Assembly (NCBI GenBank): GCA_036394195.1
Contig: DASWFO010000335.1
Location: 3,056 to 67,055, forward strand
Source: Alphaproteobacteria bacterium
GTDB taxonomy: Bacteria; Pseudomonadota; Alphaproteobacteria; CACIAM-22H2
DNA length: 64,000 nucleotides
Direction: 5' to 3'
Below the pieces are notes generated by a model. That model did not search any database. It saw only the letters and a program-made list of their open reading frames with translations, and was not told the origin of the DNA. Each line of letters opens with the position of its first letter. Within the stretch, counting starts at the first letter, position 1. Positions 12,895-24,100 of this stretch are shown here, in pieces. The position numbers were made by a program, and so were the translations under genes.

Positions 12895-13968
12895 GTGAAG
12901 ATCATCAGCATGCTCTTGCGTGCGGGAGCGAGCTTGGCTCTGTGCCTGGTCGCGGCTGCGGCATTCGCGGCGGATTATCCGGTGGTGAAGGAAGGCGACT
13001 GGATCGCCCGCGATTTCAAGTTTCACACCGGCGAGGTGACGCCCGAGCTCCGCCTGCACTACGCCACGCTCGGCGATCCCGCCGGCATGCCGGTGCTGAT
13101 CCTCCACGGCACCACCGGCGCCGGCACCGGCCTGCTGACGCCGACCTTCGCCGGCGCGCTCTTCGGCCCCGGCCAGCCGCTCGATGCAATCAAGTATTTC
13201 ATCATCCTGCCCGACGCCGTGGGCCACGGAAAATCGTCGAAGCCCTCGGACGGGCTGCGCGCTAAATTCCCGCGCTACAACTACGACGACATGGTGGCCG
13301 CCCAATACAGGCTGGTGACCGAAGGCCTCGGCATCCGCCACCTGCGGCTCGTCCTTGGCAACTCGATGGGCGGGATGAACACCTGGATCTGGGGCGTCAC
13401 CTACCCGGACGTCATGGACGCGCTGGTGCCCATGGCCTCGCAGCCTACGGAGATGTCGAGCCGCAACTGGATGATGCGCCGCCTGATCATCGATGCGATC
13501 CGCACCGATCCGGAGTGGAACGGCGGCAACTACGCGACTCAGCCGCGCTCAGCGCGCTTCGCCAGCGTGTTCTACGGCGTTGCCACCAGCGGCGGCACGC
13601 TCGGCTACCAGACGCTCGCCCCCACGCGCGCGCAGGCGGACAAGCTGCTCGACGACCGGCTGGCGGCACCGTTCGCGGCCGACGCGAATGACACGTTGTA
13701 CCAATGGGACTCCTCGCGCGATTACAACCCGGCGCCGCGCCTGGAGCGCATCACGGCCGCCCTCCTGGCCATCAATTCCGCGGACGACGAGCGCAATCCC
13801 CCGGAGACCGGGGTCATGGACCAGGCGCTGAAGCGGGTGAAGAACGGCCGGCTTTATCTGATCCCCGCGAGCAACGAGACGCGCGGCCACGGCACCACCG
13901 GCATGGCCAGATTCTGGGCGCCGCAGTTGCAGGAGTTCCTGCAGACCGTTCCGCGGCGCGCGATGTAG
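12895..13968 (+). CDS. Secreted alpha/beta-fold hydrolase (homoserine O-acetyltransferase-like fold), with signal peptide
   Basis: GTG after GGAGGT RBS (or ATG 12910). Signal peptide MLLRAGASLALCLVAAAAFAADYP. Nucleophile elbow GNSMGG. Confidence 0.7.
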   Translation: MKIISMLLRAGASLALCLVAAAAFAADYPVVKEGDWIARDFKFHTGEVTPELRLHYATLGDPAGMPVLILHGTTGAGTGLLTPTFAGALFGPGQPLDAIKYFIILPDAVGHGKSSKPSDGLRAKFPRYNYDDMVAAQYRLVTEGLGIRHLRLVLGNSMGGMNTWIWGVTYPDVMDALVPMASQPTEMSSRNWMMRRLIIDAIRTDPEWNGGNYATQPRSARFASVFYGVATSGGTLGYQTLAPTRAQADKLLDDRLAAPFAADANDTLYQWDSSRDYNPAPRLERITAALLAINSADDERNPPETGVMDQALKRVKNGRLYLIPASNETRGHGTTGMARFWAPQLQEFLQTVPRRAM

Positions 13969-14090
13969 GGCTGGGTGGGGGGGCTGGCAGGCCGGCCTGT
14001 GAACCGCTTCACAGCCGCGCCCCCCGGGTGTGGGGTAATGTATTGTATTGGAGATTACGGCAACGCCGGTTCAGCGAGGTTAGGCGGTTC

Positions 14091-15077
14091 ATGAGGCGGC
14101 GGGAGTTCATCGCGGGGTTGGGCGGCGCGGCGCTCGCTTGGCCGCTCACAGCGCGCGCACAGCCGGAGCCGCGGCGGGTCGGCGTGCTGATGTCCAATCG
14201 CGACGGCGATGCTGAGGGACAGGCGCGGATCGCCGCGTTCCGCGACGCCCTGCGCGAGGCCGGCTGGATCGAAGGGCGCAATCTGCGCCTCGAGATCCGC
14301 TGGGCCGGCGGCGACATGGAGCGCATCCGCGCCTACGCCGCGGAGCTTGTGGCGGAGGCACCCGCGGTCATCCTCGGCAACGGCACGCCCGCGGTGAGAG
14401 CGCTCCAGTCGATGACGCCATCGATCCCCATCGTCTTCGCGCAGATCCAGGATCCGGTGGGGCTCGGCATCGTCGCCTCGATGGCGCGCCCCGGCGGCAA
14501 TATCACCGGCTTTGCCGTGACCGTCGATTTCGACCTCATCGGCAAGTGGCTCGACCTGCTGCGCGCGGTGGCGCCGGGCGTTCGGCGCGCGACGTTGCTC
14601 TACAACCCGGACACCGTCCCCTTTTACCGGCGGGCGCTTGCGGCCTACACCGAGTCAAAGGCGTTCACGATTCCTGTGACTGCCGGTGAAGTCAGGACGC
14701 CGGACGACGTGGCCGCGACGCTGACCGAAATCGCCCGCGAGCCGCGGGGCGGGCTCATCGTGCCGTTCGACGCGTTCACGGTCGTTCACCTCCCGCTCGT
14801 CGCCGAGCAGGCGTTGCAGCACCGCCTGCCGTCCGTCTCGCCGTATCGGCAGTTCGCGGTCGACGGCGGGCTCATCGCCTACGGACCGGACGTGCTCGAA
14901 ATCTTCCGCCGCTCGGCCGGTTATGTCGACCGCATCCTCAAGGGCGAGCACCCGGCCGAGCTGCCGGTGCAGGCGCCGACGCGGTTCGAGACCCTGATCA
15001 ACCTGAAGACCGCGACGGCGCTCGGCCTCACCGTACCGCCGACGCTGCTGGCCACCGCCGACGAGGTGATCGAGTGA
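14091..15077 (+). CDS. ABC transporter substrate-binding protein (ABC_sub_bind/PF04392-like) with Tat-type signal
   Basis: MRRREFIAGLGGAALAWPLTARAQ twin-arginine signal followed by a periplasmic-binding-protein fold. 328 aa. No cognate permease/ATPase adjacent. Confidence 0.7.
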   Translation: MRRREFIAGLGGAALAWPLTARAQPEPRRVGVLMSNRDGDAEGQARIAAFRDALREAGWIEGRNLRLEIRWAGGDMERIRAYAAELVAEAPAVILGNGTPAVRALQSMTPSIPIVFAQIQDPVGLGIVASMARPGGNITGFAVTVDFDLIGKWLDLLRAVAPGVRRATLLYNPDTVPFYRRALAAYTESKAFTIPVTAGEVRTPDDVAATLTEIAREPRGGLIVPFDAFTVVHLPLVAEQALQHRLPSVSPYRQFAVDGGLIAYGPDVLEIFRRSAGYVDRILKGEHPAELPVQAPTRFETLINLKTATALGLTVPPTLLATADEVIE

Positions 15078-15100
15078 TTGCGTAGAGGGGAGTCGGGCCG

Positions 15101-15409
15101 ATGTTGCCGTTCAGCGAACATGCCGTCGTCACCCTGTCGATTCTCGCCACCGTCGGCCTCGCCGTGATGTGGGGCCTGTTCTGGGCGGCGGTTGTTCTCG
15201 CCAGGGAAAGTGTCACGGACATCCTGCTCAGCGCCTCGTTCTTCAAGACGGTCACTGTCATGGGCGTGATCGCCGCCACCGCGGTGCTGAGCCTCGCCGG
15301 CCGGCTGGACGGAAACGTCACCGCCCCCATTCTCAGCGGCATCGTCGGCTACGTCCTGGGGCAGCTCGCGAGCCGTAAAAAAGACGCCGCCGCGAACCCG
15401 CAAGACTAG
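15101..15409 (+). CDS. Small membrane protein, unknown function (102 aa)
   Basis: Three predicted TM helices. Weak RBS. Sits between the binding-protein gene and a convergent gene. Confidence 0.35.
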   Translation: MLPFSEHAVVTLSILATVGLAVMWGLFWAAVVLARESVTDILLSASFFKTVTVMGVIAATAVLSLAGRLDGNVTAPILSGIVGYVLGQLASRKKDAAANPQD

Positions 15410-15410
15410 C

Positions 15411-16610
15411 TCACGCCAGCGCGTCCTCGACCGCCGGCACGCGCGTCACCCGGTGGCGCTGCACCGCCGGCAGCACGTCGCGCGCGAAACGGCGAATCTG
15501 CTCCAGGAACATCTCCTGCGGCATGGCACCGCGGTTGAGGCTGATGTTCAGCGTGTTGGCACCCGCATGGTCGGCAAGCTCGATCAGCCGCTCCGTCACC
15601 TCCTGCGGCGTGCCCCACGGCAGGTGCTCCGCCTGCCGCGCCACGTCGTCCAGGGTCATGTTCCGGAAGTCCTCGCGCGCATGCTCCGCGGCGCGCAGGT
15701 TTTCCGGGCGCACGTAGTCGGTCGACGACTGGGTCGCGTAGCCGGTGGCGCGCTGCAGGCTGGTCTCGGTGAAATTGCCGTGGCTGAACAAGGTGCGATT
15801 GAAATAGAGGTGATAGGGCCCGTTCTCCTTGACCGCCTGCGCCTTGCTGTCCGCGATATAGACGGTGACGCCGATCGACAGGTGATCGGGGGTGATCTTG
15901 CGGCCGTTCCGGGCCAGGCATTTCGCGTAGTAGCGGATGATGTCGTCCTGCAGCCCGCCCGGCCGCAGGCCCGGGGTGATCGCGATGTTGTGTCTGGCCG
16001 CGAACTCCATCGATTCCTTGCTGCCGGTGACCGGGATCCAGATCGGCGGGTGCGGCTGCTGCACCGGCCGCGGCCACAGCGCCACGTCCTTGTAGGACCA
16101 GAATTTGCCCTCATAGGAGAACACCTCCTGCGTCCAGGCGCCGATGATGATCTCGTACGCCTCTTCGAAGCGCGCCCGCGACTCGGAGAGCTTCACGTTG
16201 TGGACCTGATATTCGCGTGGGATGCCGCGCGCGAAGCCGGAAATCAGCCGGCCATGCGACAGGCAGTCGAGCATCGCCAGCTCTTCGGCGAGGCGCAGCG
16301 GCTCGTGCAGGGGCAGCAGATTGCCGTAGATCAGCAGCTTCGCGTTCTTGGTGCGCTGCGCGGCCGAGGCCGCCAGGAGGTTCGGCGAGTTCATCAGGCC
16401 GTAGGGCGAGCAGTGGTGCTCGTTGAAGCCGATGCCGTCATAGCCGAGGCGGTCGATCTCCGCCCAGGCGTCCAGATGCTCGGCATAGGTGCGCATCGCC
16501 ACGTCGGCCTTGAAATGGCGCTTGGGCAGCGGATAGGGGAGGCCGTTCTCGGTGCGCAGATGGTCCATCTGCTCGCCATAGGCATGCAGGTCGAACACGA
16601 ACAATTTCAT
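15411..16610 (-). CDS. LLM-class (luciferase-like) flavin-dependent oxidoreductase
   Basis: 399 aa with TIM-barrel LLM signatures (GYDGIGFNEHH, WPRPVQQPHPPIWIP). Paralogous to the gene at 48408..49556. Confidence 0.8.
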   Translation of the reverse strand: MKLFVFDLHAYGEQMDHLRTENGLPYPLPKRHFKADVAMRTYAEHLDAWAEIDRLGYDGIGFNEHHCSPYGLMNSPNLLAASAAQRTKNAKLLIYGNLLPLHEPLRLAEELAMLDCLSHGRLISGFARGIPREYQVHNVKLSESRARFEEAYEIIIGAWTQEVFSYEGKFWSYKDVALWPRPVQQPHPPIWIPVTGSKESMEFAARHNIAITPGLRPGGLQDDIIRYYAKCLARNGRKITPDHLSIGVTVYIADSKAQAVKENGPYHLYFNRTLFSHGNFTETSLQRATGYATQSSTDYVRPENLRAAEHAREDFRNMTLDDVARQAEHLPWGTPQEVTERLIELADHAGANTLNISLNRGAMPQEMFLEQIRRFARDVLPAVQRHRVTRVPAVEDALA

Positions 16611-16718
16611 TTAGGCGAACCTCCCGAGACTCCCGGTGCTTTGACGCGATCGCGCTGGACGGCGACATGCGGCTGGGAAAAGATGATGCAAATTCATAAT
16701 GGCATGGGAGGACACGCG

Positions 16719-17696
16719 ATGAAACGGGGCCGCGGGCGGATTCTACCGGCGCTGCTCGCGTGGGCGTCGCTTGCGGCCGCGGGGTCGTCCCAGGCCCAGT
16801 CCTATCCGACGCGCCCGATCACCGCGATCTGCGGGTTTTCGGCGGGGACGGGAGCCGACGTGCTCACCCGCTATTTCACGGAAAAGCTCCGCGTGCTCGC
16901 CGGACAGCCGGTGGTGGTCGAGAACAAGGTCGGCGCGCTGACCGTCGTGGCGAGCGACGCGGTCGCCAAGGCGAAGCCCGACGGGTACACGATCTACATC
17001 GCGCCGGGCAATGCGAGCTTCGCCACGCCGCCGCATCTCTTCAAGAAGCTGCCGTTCAACCCGATCGCCGACTTCATGCCGGTGACGACGCTCATCACCA
17101 CGCCGTTCGTGCTGACCGTCAGCCCGGAGTTGAACATCTCAAGCGTCGGCGAACTCACGCGTCACCTCAAGACGCGGGGCGACAAGGCGACGTATGCGTA
17201 TGGAACGTCGTTTGGCCAGGTGGCCTCCGAGCTCTACAAGCGGGTTGCCCAGGTGCCCGGTCATCCGGTGGCGTACCGGACCGGCCTCAATAGCCTGACC
17301 GACATGAAGTCGGGCGAAATCGACTTCATGTTCACCGATGTCTCGTCGGCGACCATGCAGATGCAGCAAGGGTTTCTGCGGATCATCGCGGTGACCACGG
17401 CCGAGCGCTCGCCGGCGAATCCGGAACTGCCGACGCTGCGCGAGCAGGGGCTTCCAGAGTTCGATCTCGCCGCGTGGTGGGGCGTGTGGCTGCCGGTGGG
17501 AGCACCCGAGCCCGTCGCTGCGAGGCTGGAGACATGGTTCAACCAGATTGTCGCCATGGAGGAGACGCGCGTCTTCCTCGCCAGGATCGGATCCGCACCC
17601 TGGCCGGGCAATCGTCAGATGCTCGCCGCTGCGACGCCGCGCGAAATCGAAAAATGGGGCCGACTGATCCGCGACGCGAATATAGAGCCGCAATGA
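16719..17696 (+). CDS. Bug/TctC-family tripartite tricarboxylate transporter substrate-binding protein
   Basis: MKRGRGRILPALLAWASLAAAGSSQAQSYPTRPI signal followed by the Bug-family core. GGGAGGA RBS. 325 aa. Confidence 0.8.
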   Translation: MKRGRGRILPALLAWASLAAAGSSQAQSYPTRPITAICGFSAGTGADVLTRYFTEKLRVLAGQPVVVENKVGALTVVASDAVAKAKPDGYTIYIAPGNASFATPPHLFKKLPFNPIADFMPVTTLITTPFVLTVSPELNISSVGELTRHLKTRGDKATYAYGTSFGQVASELYKRVAQVPGHPVAYRTGLNSLTDMKSGEIDFMFTDVSSATMQMQQGFLRIIAVTTAERSPANPELPTLREQGLPEFDLAAWWGVWLPVGAPEPVAARLETWFNQIVAMEETRVFLARIGSAPWPGNRQMLAAATPREIEKWGRLIRDANIEPQ

Positions 17697-17735
17697 CGGC
17701 GCGGGCCGGCGGGAGCGGCCGTGCGGTTGCCGCTG

Positions 17736-18110
17736 TTATGAAGCCGCGGCCGCGCGCGGCTTGGACAACAGCTCGACCTTGACGCCGAGAGCCGGTGCCG
17801 CCGTCTCGCCCCACGCATACAGCGCTTCTAGGATTGGACGCAGCGATTTTCCGCTGGCGGTCAATTCATAGACGACGCGGGACTTGGCACCCTGCAGGCG
17901 CCGGCGCCGCAGGAGGCCGCGTTCTTCGAGGTCGCGCAGCCGCTCCGTCAGCACCTTGTCGCTGAGCCGCGGCACGCGGGCGCGCAGCTCGCCGTAGCGA
18001 AGCGCGCCCTCCTTCAGGTGCGCGAGGATGACGGCTTTCCACTTTCCGGCCAGCACCTCGAGCGTGAGCTCGACCGGACAGCCGAATGTCGTCGGGAGTC
18101 GCTTCACCAT
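17736..18110 (-). CDS. HxlR-family winged-helix transcriptional regulator
   Basis: CPVELTLEVLAGKWKAVILAHL...RYGEL...LTERLRDLEERGLL is a diagnostic HxlR/MarR-like motif. 124 aa. Confidence 0.85.
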   Translation of the reverse strand: MVKRLPTTFGCPVELTLEVLAGKWKAVILAHLKEGALRYGELRARVPRLSDKVLTERLRDLEERGLLRRRRLQGAKSRVVYELTASGKSLRPILEALYAWGETAAPALGVKVELLSKPRAAAAS

Positions 18111-18207
18111 CGGTGCTTCTTCCCTCGCGCGGCGGCTGACGAGTCCTTACCAAACAGTGCGTTGTTTGGCCAGCTTTCGCCACGATAGATTCGCCGGCAT
18201 TGTGCCC

Positions 18208-18861
18208 ATGAAGCGGATCTTCGGCCTCGACATCCCGTGCACCCTCGAAGACGTCTGCGACGAGCGGCGGCTGGCGCTTCTCGTCTACGACATGCAAATC
18301 GGCATCGTCAGCCAGTTGAAGGACGGCGACGCCGTCATCGGCCGCGTGCGCCAGGTTCTCGACGCCGCCCGGGCGGCGGGCGTGCGCGTCTTCTTCACCC
18401 GCCATATGTCGCTGCCGAAGGAGCTCATGGGCGCCTTTCACTACCGGATGGCGATGGCTTGGCAGCGCGTCGACGATCCGGAGCGGGTCATGCCGTGGTT
18501 CTTGCGCGATTCACCGGGATTTCCCATCGTCCCGCAGCTGGCGCCCTCGGCGAGCGAGGCGATTTTCGACAAGATCGCCATGTCGGCCTTCGAAGGCACG
18601 CCGCTCAACCTGGCCCTGCGCGACTGCGGCATCGCCGCCGTCGCCATTGTCGGCATCGCGATGGAAATCGGCATCGAGCCGACGGCGCGCCACGCGGCGG
18701 ATCTGGGCTTCGTGCCGGTCATCGTCACCGACGCCTGCGGCGCCGGCCATCAGGATGCCGCCACGCGATCGCTCGCCAGTCTGGCCTTCGCCGGCGACTC
18801 GCTGCTGACGGACGCGGCGGAGTTCTGCCGGCTGATCCGGCGACCCCGGCCGGGTGGATGA
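18208..18861 (+). CDS. Isochorismatase-family cysteine hydrolase
   Basis: 217 aa. LLVYDMQ..., catalytic Cys in VTDACGAG. Divergent from the HxlR regulator. Confidence 0.75.
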   Translation: MKRIFGLDIPCTLEDVCDERRLALLVYDMQIGIVSQLKDGDAVIGRVRQVLDAARAAGVRVFFTRHMSLPKELMGAFHYRMAMAWQRVDDPERVMPWFLRDSPGFPIVPQLAPSASEAIFDKIAMSAFEGTPLNLALRDCGIAAVAIVGIAMEIGIEPTARHAADLGFVPVIVTDACGAGHQDAATRSLASLAFAGDSLLTDAAEFCRLIRRPRPGG

Positions 18862-18865
18862 CCGG

Positions 18866-19837
18866 TTAGAGTCCTTCGAACAGGGCGGTCGAGAGGTAAC
18901 GCTCGGCGAAGGACGGGATGATGGTCACGATCAACTTGCCCTTCATCTCCGGGCGGCGGGCGACTTTGAGCGTCGCGGCGAGGGCCGCACCCGAGGAGAT
19001 GCCGCCGGGAATGCCTTCGCGGCGCGCCAGGCGCTTCGCCCAGTCGAACGATTCCTCGTTGGTCACCTGGATGATCTCGTCGATCTGCTTGGTGTCGAGG
19101 ATGTCCGGCACGAAACCGGCGCCGATCCCTTGGATCGGATGCGGGGCCGGCTGTCCGCCCGACAGGACCGGACTCGCCGTCGGCTCGACCGCAATCATCT
19201 TGAGACCCGGCTTGCGCGGCTTGAGGGCCTGCGCGCAGCCCGTCAGGGTCCCGCCCGTGCCGATGCCCGACACGATCACGTCGACCCGGCCCTCGGTGTC
19301 GGCCCAGATCTCCTCGGCGGTGGTGCGCCGGTGAATGTCGGGATTGGCCGGGTTGCCGAACTGGTTCGGGATCACCGCACCCGGGTTCTGCGCCAGCAGC
19401 TCGTTGGCGCGCGCGATGGCGCCCTTCATCCCCTTCTCGCGCGGCGTCAGCTCCACTTCGGCGCCGAGGAAGCGCAGCATCTTCCGCCGCTCGACCGACA
19501 CGGATTCGGGCATGGTCAGGATGAGGCGGTAGCCGCGGGCGGCGCAGACGAAGGCGAGGCCGATTCCCGTATTGCCGGATGTCGGCTCGATGACCAGCCC
19601 GCCGGGTTGGATGCGGCCGGCGGCCTCCAGCGCCTCGATCATGCTGACGCCGATGCGGTCCTTGACGCTCGCAATGGGATTGAAGAATTCGAGCTTCAGG
19701 CAGATCTCCGCCGCTAGCCCCTCGTCGCGCGAGATATTCGGGATGCGCACCAGCGGCGTGTTGCCGATGGTCTCGGCGATGCTGTCGTAGATTCGGCCGC
19801 GGAGCGGACGATCGAGTTTGAGCGGTTTCCGGGTCAT
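18866..19837 (-). CDS. cysK: Cysteine synthase A (O-acetylserine sulfhydrylase)
   Basis: MTRKPL...[10 protein letters not shown]...SVKDRIG...[12 protein letters not shown]...[10 protein letters not shown] is canonical PLP-fold CysK. 323 aa. Confidence 0.9.
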   Translation of the reverse strand: MTRKPLKLDRPLRGRIYDSIAETIGNTPLVRIPNISRDEGLAAEICLKLEFFNPIASVKDRIGVSMIEALEAAGRIQPGGLVIEPTSGNTGIGLAFVCAARGYRLILTMPESVSVERRKMLRFLGAEVELTPREKGMKGAIARANELLAQNPGAVIPNQFGNPANPDIHRRTTAEEIWADTEGRVDVIVSGIGTGGTLTGCAQALKPRKPGLKMIAVEPTASPVLSGGQPAPHPIQGIGAGFVPDILDTKQIDEIIQVTNEESFDWAKRLARREGIPGGISSGAALAATLKVARRPEMKGKLIVTIIPSFAERYLSTALFEGL

Positions 19838-19968
19838 GGAACGGCGGCCCCTTTTTCCGCGTCGAGACGGGTTCGGATTGACACTACCTGACCGGAAGCC
19901 GGCCGTCTGCAGGCACCAGGCTGCGTCGCGGTCCAGAAACGACGCGGCGCGCAGCCGCGCTCCGGCCC

Positions 19969-21063
19969 TTACTCCGGCGCCGCAAACCGCTTCACGATTT
20001 CGGGCGCAAACCGCAGGCCCAGTCCCGGCCGCGACGGCACCGTCATTTCGCCGCGTTCCGGCAGCGGCGGATCCTCGAACAGCCGCATCGTCCACGGCAT
20101 GTACTCGACCACCCGCCCATTTGGCACGGCCGCGATCAGGTGAACATGCACCTCGGGGATGAGGTGGCTGACGACCGGTACGTTGAACGCCTCGGCCATG
20201 CCGGCCACCTTCATCCACTGGGTGATGCCGCCGACGCGGAAGAGGTCGATCATCGCGATGTCGACCGAACGCGCCTCGAGCATGTGGCGGAACGGGACGA
20301 TGCCGTAGACGTACTCGCCGCCGGCTACTGGCGTCGACAGCTGATCGGTCACATGGGCGAGGCCCTTGTAGTCGTCATGCGCCGTCACGTCTTCGAGCCA
20401 GGCCAGGTGGAACTCCTCGAGTCGGCGGCCGATGGCGACCGCCTCGTCCACGGACCAGCGCTGGTTGATGTCGCACATCAACGCGGTCTCGGGCCCGACG
20501 GCCTCGCGGACCGCGCGGATGCGCGCCACCTCGCGCTCCGGTGACGTGTCGCCGGGCAGGGCCGCCTGGGTCTTCATCTGGGTGAAGCCGCGCTTCACCA
20601 GCCGTTCGGCCGCCTTGGCCATGTGATCCGGCGGGAACGTCCGCATCAGCGCGCCGCTCGCATAGGCTGGCACGCGGGCGCGCCGCCCGCCGAGCAGGGT
20701 TGCCAGCGGCAGATTGAGCGCTTTGCCCTTGATGTCCCACAGCGCCGTGTCGAGGGCCGAGAGGGCGAGGGTGAAGATGCCGCCGGGGCCGGACGTGCCG
20801 GCGGCCGCGCGCAGCTTGTCCGCGATCGCTTCGACGTGCAGCGGATCCTCGTTCACGATGAGGGCGCCCAGGGCGTCGACGGCGGCCTTCAGGCTGCGCG
20901 TCAAGGCGCCGCCGAAGAAGGTGACACCCAGCCCTTCGATGCCGTCTTTGGTCGCGACGGTGACGGCGACGAAGTCGCGCGTCCCCGGGACGGTCGGTCC
21001 ATCGGCCAGCGGCTCGTCGGCCGGCAGGGACACGATCCGCGACTGAACCCGTTCGATTTTCAT
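19969..21063 (-). CDS. Enolase-superfamily enzyme (mandelate racemase / muconate lactonizing enzyme family)
   Basis: 364 aa with GGGAGGA RBS. MR/MLE N- and C-domain signatures ([33 protein letters not shown]...AHDD). Confidence 0.75.
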   Translation of the reverse strand: MKIERVQSRIVSLPADEPLADGPTVPGTRDFVAVTVATKDGIEGLGVTFFGGALTRSLKAAVDALGALIVNEDPLHVEAIADKLRAAAGTSGPGGIFTLALSALDTALWDIKGKALNLPLATLLGGRRARVPAYASGALMRTFPPDHMAKAAERLVKRGFTQMKTQAALPGDTSPEREVARIRAVREAVGPETALMCDINQRWSVDEAVAIGRRLEEFHLAWLEDVTAHDDYKGLAHVTDQLSTPVAGGEYVYGIVPFRHMLEARSVDIAMIDLFRVGGITQWMKVAGMAEAFNVPVVSHLIPEVHVHLIAAVPNGRVVEYMPWTMRLFEDPPLPERGEMTVPSRPGLGLRFAPEIVKRFAAPE

Positions 21064-21184
21064 GACCGATCCTCCCAGGGACGAGAATGGCGGATTCAGG
21101 GCCGGCCTTCCAGGGGCGATCGCTTGGTGCCCGGACGCCGCAAGCACTCTGGCCTCGCCGCCGCCGCCCCCGTAAATTGGCGGC

Positions 21185-24100
21185 ATGGGGGAGTTGCAGG
21201 ACTGGCTCAAGCAGAACGGTCTCGAGGCGCTCGCCACCGTTCTGGTGGCGAATGACATCGACCTCGACATTCTGTCGGACCTCACCGAGCAGGATCTCGA
21301 GCGTCTGGGCCTGTCGCTCGGCCAGCGGCGGCGGCTCTTGAAGGCCATCGCCGGTCGAGCCGCGGCCTCGGCCGCCCCGCCGCAACGATCCGCGCCCGCG
21401 CCGTCCGCGGACGCGCCGGCGCCTCGCGAAGCCGAGCGCCGCCAGATCACCGTGATGTTCTGCGACCTTGTCGGCTCCACGGAGTTGTCGGCGCGCCTCG
21501 ATCCCGAAGACATGAGCCGGCTGATCCGCGCCTATCAGGACGCCTGCGCCGGCGCCATCGCGCGCTTCGACGGCTTCCTGGCGAAACTCATGGGCGACGG
21601 CGTGCTCGCCTATTTCGGCTTCCCGCAGGCCCACGAAGACAGCGCCGAGCGCGCGGTGCGCGCGGCCCTGGCCATCGTCGCCGCGCTGCCCGGGCTGGCC
21701 GCCGCCAGCGGGCAGCGGCTCCACACCCGCATCGGCATCGCCACCGGCCTGGTCGTGGTCGGCGACATCGTCGGCACTGGCGTCGCGCGCGAGCAGTCGA
21801 TCGTCGGCGAGACGCCAAACCTGGCCGCGCGCCTGCAGGCGCTGGCGTCGCCGGATGCGATCCTGGTGAGTCGAACCACGCATCGGCTGCTCGGCCGCAT
21901 CTTCGATCTCGACAGCGTTGGCACGCACGCCCTAAAGGGCTTTGCTGAGCCGGTCGCCGTCTGGCGGATCCGCGGCGAATCCGCGGTCGGCAGCCGCTTC
22001 GCGGCGGCGCGTTCCGAGCATCGCGTGCCCTTCGTCGGCCGCGAGCATGAGATCGGGATGTTGCTTGACCGCTGGCGCCTCGCGGCGTCGGGCGAGGGGC
22101 AGTTCGTGCTGGTGGCCGGCGAGGCGGGAATCGGCAAGTCGCGGCTGATCGACGCCTTCCGGGAGCGTTGCGGCGACGAGCCGGTGTTCGCCGGCCTCCA
22201 ATGCTCGTCGCATCACGCGAACACAGCCCTCTACCCGGTGATCCGCTACCTCGAGCTGATGGCCGGCTTTGTCGGCGACGATTCGCCGGCGGTCAAGCTC
22301 GCCAAGCTGCGCACTCTGTTCGTGTCGCCGATTGGTTCAGAAGGCAGCGCCGGTGCCGACACGCCGGTGCATCTGTTCGCCGGCCTGATGTCGCTGCCGA
22401 CCGACGACTGCCCCGCCCAGTCGCAGGAAGGTATCTCGGATCTGACGCCGGCGCAGCGCAGGGCTGCGACGATCGCCGCCTTCGTTGACCACATCGTCCG
22501 TGTGGCACGCCGTCAACCGGTGCTGTTTTTGCTCGAAGACGCGCACTGGATCGATCCCTCCACGGTCGAGCTGGTCGCGCATCTGATCGACGCGATTCAA
22601 TCGGCGCCGGTCCTGGTCGTCGTGACCGCGCGGCCCGACTTCGCCTCGCCGTGGACCGGCCGCGCGCATGCCGGCCAGCTCACGCTCAGCCGCCTCGGCC
22701 GCGCGCAGTGCGCCGAGATGGTCGCCGCTGTCGCCGCGGCGCATGCCATCCCGACGGACCTGCGCGACGACATCGTGGCAAAGACCGACGGAGTGCCGTT
22801 GTTCGTCGAGGAGCTGACCAAGACCATTCTCGAATCTGCGGCGCCGGACCGCTCCGCCGTGCCGGCCACCTTGCAGGATTCGCTGATGGCGCGCCTCGAC
22901 CGGCTGGGCGAGGCGAAGGAGACGGCCCAGATCGCCGCCGTCATTGGCCGCCAGTTCCCGCAGGCGTTGCTCGCCGCAGTGGCACCGCTCGGCGGCGCCG
23001 ATCTCGAGGCCGTGCTGGCGCGCCTAGTGCAGGGCGAGATCGTGTTTCCGCAGCGTCAGGCGCTGGAGACCAGCTACGTGTTCAAGCACGCGCTACTGCG
23101 CGATGCGGCGTATGACAGCCTACTCCGTGCGCGCCGCCAGGCGCTGCATGAGCGGATCGCCAAGGCGCTGGAGGAGCGCTTCCCGACCGTCGCAGCGGCC
23201 GAGCCGGAGTTGCTCGCCTACCATTACGCGGCGGCAGGCCGTGCGGACGCTGCCGCCCTTGCTCACGAACGGGCGGCGGACCGCGCGGCTGCGCGCTCCG
23301 CCTATGCCGAGGCGGTGGCGCATCTCTCGGCGGCGCTGGAACAGACCCGCAAACTGCCGGACCACGCCCGGCGCGAGCTGACGCTCCTGCTCAAGCTCAA
23401 TCCGGCACTGTCGATCGTCAAAGGTTTGAGCAGCCCGGAGGTGATGGAGCCGGCGTCGCGCGCCTATGAGATCGCCCAGGGCCTCGGCGACAGCCCCGAG
23501 CTGTTCAAGGCAACCTGGAACCTCTGGTACGCCTTGAACATGGGGCGGCGGCGCGACGAGGCGCAAGCGCGGGCGGAGGAGCTGGTGGCACTCGGCCAGC
23601 GTCTGAACGACGATGACCTCTTCCTCGAAGCGATCCACTGCCGCTGGGCGACCGCGCTGTTCCGCGGCGATCTCGCGGTCGCGTTTGCGGACAGCCGGGA
23701 AGGGGTGCGGCGGTACGACCCCGCGCGCCATCACGAGCTGGGTCCGGCCTTCGGCGGCCACGACCCGGGTGTGTGCGCACATTGTATCCAGGCGCAGACG
23801 CTCGCCGCCGTCGGCGATGTCGATCACGCCCGACATGCCCTGAAGTCCGGCATCGCGCTGGCGGAAAAGCTGGGACATCAACACACCCTGGCGCATGCTT
23901 ATTCGCTGGCGACCTTCATGCACAAACAGGTCGGCGATCCAGTGGCGACGGAAGAGGCGGCGCGGCGCATGGTGCAGATCGCGGAGAAATGGAACTTTCC
24001 CATGCACCGGGCCATCGGACTCTTTTTTTTGGGTTGGGCGCAAGCGGTCGGGTCAGATTTCGGCGCGGGCCTCCGGCAGATGGAGGCAGAGTTCGAACCC

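Noticed and set aside
18866-20218. Full 450-aa minus-strand ORF at the cysK locus
   Set aside because: Only the last 323 codons match CysK. The upstream 127 codons are GC-rich read-through of the intergenic region with a GTG pseudo-start.
20375-21928. 517-aa minus-strand ORF spanning the enolase-family gene and the start of the SAM-cyclase gene
   Set aside because: Out of frame with or antisense to two supported genes. Arg-rich low-complexity.
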